Assembly: GCA_964016885.1 (NCBI GenBank)
Contig: OZ024743.1
Span: 354,268,001 to 354,332,000, forward strand
Origin: Eledone cirrhosa
Taxonomy: Eukaryota
DNA: 64,000 bases
Direction: 5' to 3'
Of this stretch, positions 54,219 to 64,000 are shown piece after piece (position 1 is the first letter of the stretch; each line of letters begins with the position of its first letter). A program made the position numbers and the translations under genes. Under the pieces are notes generated by a model. It saw only the letters and a program-made list of their open reading frames with translations. It ran no database searches and was not told where the DNA came from.

Positions 54219-54260
<42 letters not shown>
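51900..54260 (+). mobile_element. 5'-truncated L1/Tx1-like LINE (RT plus C-terminal zinc region), frameshifted, (TAT)n tail
   Basis: KSPGLDGLPYEFY, LDQSKAFDRVDH, VRQGCPLS, YADD (52040-52810); GGLG and CPRC...ETVLHALVQC (52756-53973). Confidence 0.92.
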
Positions 54261-54261
<1 letters not shown>

Positions 54262-54964
54262 TATTTATTATATTTATTTTATTTCTATTCATTTATTTAT
54301 GTGTTTGTTTATGTGTCACTGTCACTATGAAACGAATTTAACCTAATCTAACCTAATTTAACGCAAAATCCGTAACAACAGCACCAATAAGGTCACTTAC
54401 ACCATCACCAGCACCAACATCATCGTTTTCATTCTAACCAACATTACCAACGCATGGCCATAAGCATTTAGCTCGCTATTACGATTCTTAACAATAACAG
54501 CAATGAGGCCACAACTGACAATGACACCAGTAACATAAACATTTTCAAATGCTATCACCAACTTCACCAGCCCCCAATTGCCAAATCCATTTTCCTTTGA
54601 AAACAACCAGATACTACTAATAAGAAAAAAATAAAATAAAAGAGAACATCACATGTATCATAGTTGATACAGCAATACCCCCACCACCATTGATCAACTT
54701 CGCCACCAAAAATACTATCACCAATATTACTACAACAATTAACAAACATGTTCTCAGCGATGCTCTACGCGATCCAAAATTAAATATGGCGGCAAGCATA
54801 AGCACACAGAACGAAACCAACGCAAACTCTGGTAGAAAATACAAATGTTTCGGATGTGCAATCAACAGAGAAAAATGGAGCTACGGACAGTCGGCAACTA
54901 ATACCACCACTACAACAAACACTACCATTACCCAAATAAGCTTTATCTTTACTACAACAAACAA

Positions 54965-55027
<63 letters not shown>

Positions 55028-55373
55028 GCGTTTACACACAGCACTGTTAGCCATATCATGATCACAATAAAATCACCACAGCAAACAGGGACATAAGCAC
55101 ATATATCACTGTTTCCAATATCATTATCACGAAAAAACAACAAAAAAATACAGCAACACTACAACAAATGTAAATATAACTACATACATCACCGTTACTA
55201 ACACTATCATCACGACTAACAAACACAACAGACATCATTATGACTTTAAGCAGGATTGTTAACAACACTATCATTACAGCAAACAAGATTATCACAAATA
55301 TCACTATAGCTATGACTGCCACCATCATCATCATCAGAAATAAAACCACCATCATCACAAAATACATTTACAA

Positions 55374-55506
<133 letters not shown>

Positions 55507-55879
55507 CTGTGTGAAGATTGTTCAGGAACTAGGAGATTGAGATTGAATGAATACTCGAATATAATGATTTTTTTTTTTAATCTGTTGAGAATATATTCAT
55601 TATACATAGCTTTGCACTCTAAGAAAAATTTCTCGTTCTAATCTGAAGAATTCATATATATATTTATATATATACATATATATATATAGATAGATAAATC
55701 TAACAAAATATACGGTAGTGTCCAATCCGTATGAAGAACTCAATGTAATCCAAATATCATGAAAAGAGATGTATTCAAAAAATATTTTTTCGATGAAAAT
55801 CACAGGAAAACAGAGTGAAGATAAATTAATAAAAACAATGAATAAAAACAAAGAAACAGTTCCTTATATTAAAAAAATC

Positions 55880-56013
55880 ATCATTTTACGATCGTTTCTA
55901 GGATATATATGTGTGTGTTGGTATGTATATCATATAGATCTATGTAAAAATTTTACAAACTATCAGAGGGAATATACATACCTACACATATATATGCTGT
56001 CTTCAGAAATAAT
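55880..56013 (-). ncRNA. Hammerhead with about 100 nt stem II, 5' stem I arm displaced by a SINE
   Basis: CUGAAGA cag...AUAUAUAUGUGU/ACACAUAUAUAU and GGUAUGUAUAU/AUAUACAUACC...cua GAAA CGA UC. Confidence 0.65.
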
Positions 56014-56114
56014 TGTTTCTACTTTTGGCACAAGGCCAGCAATTATCCAGTACATTACTGGTACTTTATTTTATCGAACCCGTAAGGATGAAAGGCAAAG
56101 TTAACCTTGACGGG
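56010..56114 (-). mobile_element. SINE family 1, 5'-truncated, inserted at the hammerhead core
   Basis: TSD attatttct on the minus strand. Confidence 0.85.
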
Positions 56115-56939
56115 AGAAATAATGATATTTGTTTATTGAAAAAACCAACAAGATTTAATATAATAGGTCTGTTTGGGAACAGGTTTTGAATTGATCAATA
56201 GAAAAGTAGTAAGTGGTCAAGTTGATAGATTAGTAGTAGTAGAAATTTAATTTAGAGGTAGAGGAATGCAGACTTAAGTTTTGAATGGAAAGAATACTTT
56301 GAATGAAAAGATTACTTTGGGGTTGAAAAGAGGTCAAGGTAGTGAAAGGTACAAGAAAATTTGTTGTTATTAAAATTTGATGATAAAATCGAAGGAGAAT
56401 AAAATTTTAGGGTAAATGTGTTAGTGAGAAATACCAATCTTATTTAAAACAAGGAATTTAGATCTATAACAAGAAATTAAATTAATTTAATTGATAGGGA
56501 TACTTATAGGGATAAATTTATATTTATTCATATAGATAAATAAGAGTTAGATGTTATTAAAGAATGTTGTTAAAAACGAAGGAAAAAATATTGTTGGGGA
56601 TAAATGTATTAGTGAGAAATAACAAACTTATATAGACTACAAGGAATTTAGATTCATAACAGAAAATTAAAATAGTTTATATGCATAGTTATTAATTTTA
56701 GGAAAAGAGAGCTGTAAAAGGGAAATAAAATTATGAAGTTCTCAGTAGTAAAATACTAATTATAGTTTAACTAAATTTAAAAAATAAAAATTATTATAAT
56801 AATTTGTAAAGTATAAGTGTAAGGTGTATATTAATTAAGTTTATAATATTTGAAAGTTCTTCTAATTCTATGATTGCACGATATAATTAATTCTTGTCAC
56901 TTATTTAGTAGGATATCCTTAGATTTCATTATTTCAAAA

Positions 56940-56995
56940 GTACCAGTAATACACTGGGATAATTGCTGGCCTTGTACCAAAAAGTAGAAACAACT
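56940..56995 (+). mobile_element. SINE family 1 3' fragment inserted in the left PLE arm only
   Basis: TSD tatttcaaaa; absent from the mirror position at about 58695. Confidence 0.8.
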
Positions 56996-59534
56996 ATTTC
57001 AAAAAGTTCCTGGGAACATAATCTACACTCATATCTGTTATTTTGATAAAGGGTGGCCCTTTTGAGCACACTCCAGGTCAGGTTATAATCGATATTCTTT
57101 TTTCTATAATTATTAATTATTTCAGCCAAGGATGTTGTATTAGCTAATGCGGCATTTTTAAAACTATGTTTGTGGGTATTAAATCTTACTTCAAATTGGT
57201 TAGAAGTAGCTCCTATATATGAATAAGTTGAGTCCTCAGTGCTAATCTTACATTTATATACTATGTTATTAATAAGACAATTTCCTTTTATGGGGCAATT
57301 TCTTTTGTTTCTACAGTTACAACCGTTCGTGAATATTATATGAGGGGAGTTAGTCAAATTTGGTGTGGAATTTACTTGAATTATTATATGTGAAGAAGAT
57401 GGTGGTTTGTTGCAGTTTATTTTAGTATTATGGTTAGTTTGATGTGTTGGTGGTATATTCATATTTTTTTTTACATTTATATCCATTGTAGGCACTTATA
57501 TTTTGTTGTATATTTTTGGTAGTGGAGTAGGAAAATTTAACCGTTGATCTATTTAAAAGTTGATGGTATTTATGGTTTTGCGGGAAGTTTTTCTCTAGGA
57601 TAGTAAAAAATGTTTAGCGATATTATCTTTAATTTGTAGATCAAATGGAGCATTATACCAAGTAACTCGTCTATTACGGTTTCGATGTTGTTTTTTTATA
57701 TTTATATGTTGTATCAGGATGTTTACTAAGAGAGTTAGTATTAGTGAATTTATTATGTATAGGTTTAGTTAGATTCACTAAACTTAAAACTGAATTTCTC
57801 TACCTCTTCTCACATACAATATAATAACTTTCAAAAAACCATTCATCCTAATATTCCAATATACGTTAATAACACTACTAACAAAATTCCTAATAATCAG
57901 ACTAAAACACCTAAATCAGTTAATCTTACTAAACCTATATATAATAAATTCACTAATACTAACTCTCTTAGTAAACATCCTATTACATTGTATAAATATA
58001 AAAAACGACATCGAATCCGTAATAGACTAGTTACTTGGTATAATGCTCCATTTAATCTACAAATTAAAGATAATATCCCCCAAAAATATTTTACTATCCT
58101 AGAGAAAAATTTCCCGCAAAACCATAAATACCATCAAATTTTAAATAGATCAACGGTCAAATTTTCCTACTCCACTACCAAAAATATGCAACAAAATATA
58201 AGTGCCTACAATGCATATAAATGTAATTAAAAAAATATATATATACCACCAACACATCAAATTAACCATAATACTAAAATAAACCGCAACAAACCACCAT
58301 CTCCTTCACATATAAGTCGAGTAAATTCCACACCAAATTTGACTAACTCCCCTGATATAATATTCACGAACGGTTGTAACTGTAGAAACTAAAGAAATTG
58401 CCCCATAAAAGGAAATTGTCTTATTAATAACATAGTATATAAATTTAAGATTAGCCCTAAGAACTCAACTTATTCATATATAGGGGCTACTTCTAACCAA
58501 TTTTAAGTAAGATTTAATACCCACAAATATAGTTTTAAAAATGCCGCATTAGCTAATACAACACCCTTGGCTGAAATAATTAATAATTATACAAAAAAGA
58601 CTATCGATTATAACCTGACCTGAAGTGTGCTCAAAAGGGCCACCCCTTATCAAAATAACAGATATGAGTGTAGATTATGTTCCCAGGAACTTTTTGAAAT
58701 AATGAAATCTAAGGATATCCTACTAAATAAGCGACAAGAATTAATTATATCGTGCAATCATAGAATTAGAAGAACTTTCAAATATTGTAAACCTAATTAA
58801 TATACACCTTACACTTATACTTTACAAATTATTATAATTAGTTTTTTTTTTTTTAAATTTAGTTAAACTATAATTAGTATTTTACTACTGAGAACTTCAT
58901 AATTTTATTTCCCTTTTACAGCTCTCTTTTCCTAAAATTAATACCTATAAGTATAAATATAAACTATAATAATTTCCTGTTATGAATCTAAATTCCTTGT
59001 AGTCTATATGAGTTTGTTATTTCTCACTAATACATTTATCCCCAACAATATTTTTTCCTTCGTTTTTAACAACATTCTTTAATAACATCTAACTCTTATT
59101 TATCTATATGAATAAATATAAATTTATCCCTATAAGTAAACCTATCAATTAAATTAATTCAATTTCTTGTTATAGATCTACATTCCTTGTTTTAAATAAG
59201 ATTGGTATTTCTCACTAACACATTTATCCTAAAATGTTATTCTCCTTCGATTTTAACATTAGCATTACTCTTTAATAACATCAAATTTTCTTGTACCTTT
59301 CACCAGCTTGACCTCTTTTCAACCCCAAAGTAATCTTTTCATTCAAAGTATTCTTTTCATTCAAAACTTAAGTCTGCATTCCTCTACCTCTAAATTAAAT
59401 TTCTACTACTACTATTCTATCAACTTGACCACTTACTACTTTTCTATTGGTCAATTCAAAACCTGTTCCCAAACAGACCTATTATATTACATCTTTGTTG
59501 TTTTTTTTCAATAAACAAATATCATTATTTCTGA

Positions 59535-59832
59535 ACTTTGCCTTTCATCCTTATGGGGTCGATAAAATAAAGTACCAGTAATGCACTGGGATAATTGCTG
59601 GCCTGGTGCCAAAAGTAGAAACAATTATTTCTGAAGACAGGATTGGCATGGATTGGCAGTATTGGTAGAGGGTCGGACGCCATGCTTTCCAGCATAGTTA
59701 CGTCCCTTTACGATCTGAGTTCAAATCCCGCCGAGGTTGACTTTGCCTTTCATCCTTACGGGGTTGATAAAATAAAGTACCAGTAATGCACTGGATAATT
59801 GCTGGCCTTGTGCCTAAAGTAGAAACAATTAT
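59535..59832 (+). mobile_element. Two tandem SINE family 1 copies inserted at the hammerhead core
   Basis: attatttctgaa(gacag) is present at 59524, 59624 and 59828. Confidence 0.9.
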
Positions 59833-59961
59833 TTCTGAAGACAGCATATATATGTGTAGGTATGTATATTCCCTCTGATAGTTTGTAAATTTTTTACATA
59901 GATCTATATGATATACATACCAACACACACATATATATCCTAGAAACGATCATAAAATGAT
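59828..59961 (+). ncRNA. Hammerhead with about 100 nt stem II (mirror of 55880-56013)
   Basis: CUGAAGA at 59835-59841, long paired insert, GAAACGAUC at 59943-59951. Confidence 0.65.
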
Positions 59962-60013
59962 GAATTTTTAATATAAGGAACTGCTTCTTTGTATTTATTC
60001 ATTGTTTTTATTA

Positions 60014-60145
<132 letters not shown>

Positions 60146-60300
60146 TTATACACGGGTGTGTATGATTGTGTATAGAAGATTATATTAATAAAAGGAATTC
60201 CAACTTTGTCTGATTTACTCGTTTTATTTACAATCCTTTAACATTTATAATGGTATTAGAATGAAATAGTATGGTAGAATATTAAATGTTAAGTGTTAAT

Positions 60301-60339
60301 TGAACAAGTACTTTCATGCTTTCGCAATCTTCAGGTTCA
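60301..60339 (-). ncRNA. Minimal type-I hammerhead ribozyme
   Basis: Identical to 13174-13212. Confidence 0.85.
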
Positions 60340-60414
60340 TATTCTGTGGTGACAGTCAAGTTTGCAATTTTCAACTCAGTTGAAAATTGCAAACTTGACT
60401 GTCACCACAGAATA

Positions 60415-60453
60415 TGAACCTGAAGATTGCGAAAGCATGAAAGTACTTGTTCA
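60415..60453 (+). ncRNA. Minimal type-I hammerhead ribozyme
   Basis: UGAAC CUGAAGA UUGCGAAAGCAU GAAA GUAC UU GUUCA. Confidence 0.85.
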
Positions 60454-60561
60454 ATTAACACTTAACATTTAATATTCTACCATACTATTTCATTCTAATA
60501 CCATTATAAATTTTAAAGGATTGTAAATAAAACGAGTAAATCAGACAAAGTTGGAATTCCT

Positions 60562-60602
<41 letters not shown>

Positions 60603-60604
<2 letters not shown>

Positions 60605-63600
60605 AAGGCGGGTAAAATTCCCGAGATCCATGGACGAGTTCTCTCCAGCGGTCTCTGTCCCTCATTATCGCTGCCATGTCCTGCGTCTCCAACAGACCAG
60701 TGTCTGTCCTTAGGGCATCAACATATGTTAACCTTGGTCTTCCTCTTCCAGTGTGTCCATGTAGGGGCTCCCAAAGGAGCACGGAGTGCAATGTCAACTC
60801 TGGATGTCGGTGAGCATGTCCAGCCAACCTCAGTCTCCTCTGTGTCACTTTTGAGCTGACTTTTGGGAGGCTCCCATACAGCTCTGAGTTTTTCATCCTC
60901 AGTGTATACTGATTAATGTTCAGAGCCATCCTCAGCATTCTCGTGTAGCACCCATCCACCATCTGAGTGAGTCTCTTGGTCAGTGTCCAAGTCTCAGACC
61001 CATACAGCAGCACAGACTCCACTACAGCAATGAAGAGGCGGACTTTCAGGTCTCTACGAAGGTCCGACTTCCACACCGATCTCAAGCTGTGGCACGCTGC
61101 CCAGGCCTTGCTCTTCCTCTCAACCACATCATCTTCCGTATTCCCAATCTTTGCTCCCAAATACAGGAAGTCCTCAACCAATTCCAGCGGCTTCCCGCCT
61201 ACATTAGTGATCCCCTCTGGCTTCTCAACATTCTCTACCAGATATTTTGTTTTAGTCTCATTCATTCTCAGCCCCACACTCATCGACACAGTCTCAACCT
61301 CCCGCATCAAATCCTCTGCCTCCTTCACTGTATTTGTCACCAAAACTATGTCGTCGGCAAATTCAGCATCCGATACCTTTTTCGCCCCAACTCTCCTGCT
61401 CTGAGCCGGTGCTACAGTAAAGCCAGAGTCCTGGTGTTTCTCCAGTGCAAGGCGCATACAATAGTCCACTACGATGATAAAAAGGTAGGGAGCCAATGTA
61501 TCTCCCTGGAGCACTCCAGCCAGTATCTCAAAGAACTCTGTCATCCCATCAGGTGTAATGACTTGGGCTTTGGTGTTGGTGTAGAGCAGTGATATCAGGT
61601 CCACTATCCTCTTGGGGATTCCATAAGCCTGTAAGATCTTCATCAGGCAGTAACGGTCCACAGAATCAAAGGCCTTCCTAAAGTCAATGAAAACCATGAC
61701 CGCAGGAAGGCACTTTGCTCTAGCTCCCTCTAATATCCTCCTCAGCATCAGGATGTGACTGGTGGTTGATCTACCCTCTCTGAAGCCGTTCTGGTTGTCC
61801 CTGAGCTTCTTCTCCATCTCAGGCTGGATCCTGTTAAGAATCATCCTGTTGAGGGTCTTTGCCACAAGTGACGTCAGTGAGATCCCCCGGTAGTTGTTGG
61901 TGTTAGAGAGATCTCCCTTCTTTGGCACTGGGACGATGTTACTGATCCTCCACTGATTCGGGGCAACTCCCTTCTCCAGTGCCCCGTTACAGAACCCCAG
62001 GATGATATCATCAAAATCACACCACTTCATCACCTCTGATGCTACTCCATCTTCTCCATGAGCCTTGCCCTCCTTGATCTTCTTCTTGGCTCTCTGAAGC
62101 TCCTCTCTGGTGAAGGGCTCTGTCTCAACATCCAGTTCCTCAAACAGCCGCCTGATCTCCCCAGTGCTCTGGGCTGTGGAGGGTGGCTCTCCTAGTAGGG
62201 TCCTAAAATGGTCTAGCCATTTCCTCTTCCTATCCTCGGGCCCCGTTCCCTGGATCTGACTCGAACACCTTTTCTTCCTCCCTGTGATCTCGTTGATGAT
62301 CATCCAGCTCTCCTTACATCCAGATCTGTCAACCGCTCTCTCCACACTTCTGATCTTCTCTATCAGTGCCTCCTCTCTGACCTCAGTGTAAGCGGTACAG
62401 AGCTCTTCCCTCATCACCTCCACAGTCTCCATCCTCTCCTCCGTAGGATCAGCATAGAATTGGTCCCTGGCAGCTTTCAGGTGTTCTCTGGCTGCACACA
62501 CTTTTGGGTCTGCAGAGCTGACGTGCTTCCCTTTGTTCTTTTTCCTCGGCACCAGGGTTTCACTTGCTTTCGCCACTGCATTGGTGAAGTGCCCGTACCT
62601 CCTCGTCACACTCTCCTCAGTCCATCCAATCTCTCTCTCCTCTGACTCTCCACACAGAGCACTAAACCTGTTTCTCACTTCCACTGTGAACCTCTCCTGT
62701 AGCTTATCATCTTCCTTGAAAGCTCCCCAGTCATAGATTGTTCTCCGGGGCTGAGCCTTGCTCTTTCTTAAGCTCACGCGGACCTCACTCATAACAAGCC
62801 GGTGGTCACTACCCAGTGTACTGAAATAGCTGTATGGTTCCGTGTTCAGAACACTATTCCGCCACTTTTTCCTCACCAGAATGAAATCAATCTGGGACTT
62901 GGACAGGTGCACATCTGAGATGTAGGTCCACATCTTCCCCAGATTCTTCCTAAACCTTAGGTTGGTCGCCATCAAGTTCGCCTCCAGCAGGGTGTCTCTC
63001 AGTAGTCTTCCATTTCGGTTGGTGTTGTTATGGAAGTACCAGCAAGGATCTTCACTGCCCTCCTTACTCAGATGTGCATTGAAGTCCCCCAAAACAAGCA
63101 GGATATTGTGTGCCTGAGTGGTGTTGACAGCTCTACACACTTCCTCATGGAACTCCTCGGCATTCACATCACTGTCCCCCTCGGTTGGACTATAGGCTGA
63201 GATGACTGTCAGTCTTGGGTTTACATTGAAGGTCACCCTCAACACTCGCGGGGAGATAGGCATTATTTCCCTCACCAACAGATTGGTTTTTGCACTGAAC
63301 ACAAAACCCACTCCTCCTACTGCAGCATTTGTTGTGTTCTTCACTGCCGATGTAGTGATGAGCTGGCTCTTCCTCCCGATCATCACACTCCTCACGGGCT
63401 CATCGTGTAGAATCCTGTGTTCTTGGATCGCAAGTATCTGTATACCACTCTCCTCGAACAGATGTCCCAACTCCTCTCTCTTCTCCAGCGTTCGAATAGT
63501 CCTCACATTCAAAGTGCCCATTTTGATGGCTCTTCTGCAGGACAAAACTACATTCTTTATATTTGTCTCAGAGACAGCTGATCCATCATCCACTGGCCCT

Positions 63601-63737
63601 CTCTGTGGCTCTAAGCCAGCAGAGTCATAACGACCAGGCTGCTCCTTGACAGTGTAATTAGGGGCTCTAACCCTAGTGCTGTTAGATCGACTCTCCATAT
63701 TTCTTTTCAATGGCTGACAATACCTTACCGGCGCCAC
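60603..63737 (-). CDS. APE endonuclease plus reverse transcriptase (about 1030-1044 aa) of an intact RTE-like LINE
   Basis: APE motifs GTLNVRT, IQEHR, YSPT, GDFNA, IDFIL, SDH; RT motifs NYRGISL, IDFRKAFDSV, GVLQGDTLAP, FADD; RTE-type C-terminus GRGRP...DRDRWR. Confidence 0.95.
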
Positions 63738-63919
63738 TCGAATAAGGTAGTTATTTAACCCATAAATGGAGCCCTAACAGGTACTACCACCCCGGGCCAG
63801 GGCAGACCTGGGAGTCATGACAACTAAGGGGTAACTCCATATTCCCCACATCTCCTGAACTCCCGAACTGGAGCCTTGCCACTGGATGTAGTTTAATGTC
63901 ATACCCAAGACATGTCTTG

Positions 63920-63920
<1 letters not shown>
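60603..63920 (-). mobile_element. Full-length RTE-like element between (TA)n tracts
   Basis: About 180-220 bp structured 5' UTR, single ORF, stop codon abutting the (AT)n tail. Confidence 0.9.
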
Positions 63921-63951
<31 letters not shown>

Positions 63952-64000
63952 ATATATATATATATTAGGTAGTAACGCATGCTTACGCCGTAGTTGACTA

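Larger units (their letters stand above)
55840..60012. mobile_element. Large inverted pair of decayed PLE 3' halves (GIY-YIG plus pseudo-LTR) with nested SINEs
   Basis: 55840-57780 is the imperfect reverse complement of about 57920-60012; GIY-YIG remnant CPIKGNCLINNIVYKC...YIGATSNQFEVRFNTH (56929-57495); WYNAPF motif at 57988-58230. Confidence 0.88.
60187..60567. mobile_element. 381 bp near-perfect palindrome of a PLE 3' end
   Basis: Centre at 60377, one mismatch seen; arms are homologous to 13050-13250. Confidence 0.95.

Noticed and set aside
55638-55700. CUGAAGA motif
   Set aside because: No downstream GAAA or stems.
60967-63630. Antisense ORFs overlapping retrotransposon ORFs (also within 6281-9499 and 47745-50797)
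   Set aside because: Shadow frames of the real coding strand.

Overview
Eukaryotic, AT-rich and microsatellite-saturated DNA with no host gene I can recognise. The tRNA-derived SINEs, (TA)n/(TATG)n/(GA)n load and LINE mix suggest a mollusc, probably an octopus-like cephalopod (inference). The window is almost entirely mobile DNA. It holds two intact non-LTR retrotransposon ORFs (R4/Dong-like RT plus restriction-like endonuclease at 6052-9561; RTE-like APE plus RT at 60603-63737), decayed R4/Dong, L1/Tx1 and CRE-like copies, several Penelope-like elements (PLEs), Helitron derivatives, two MITEs and many SINEs. The main signal is invisible to the ORF track: about 18 type-I hammerhead ribozyme motifs read by eye, from roughly 11 sequence types. 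Most lie in fold-back (inverted-duplication) insertions within (TA)n that put one hammerhead on each strand, always facing outward. Some have very long stem II extensions, and one site was hit three times by the same SINE at the catalytic core. Two R4-like families appear to target (TACA)n repeats. All calls were made by eye and boundaries are approximate.
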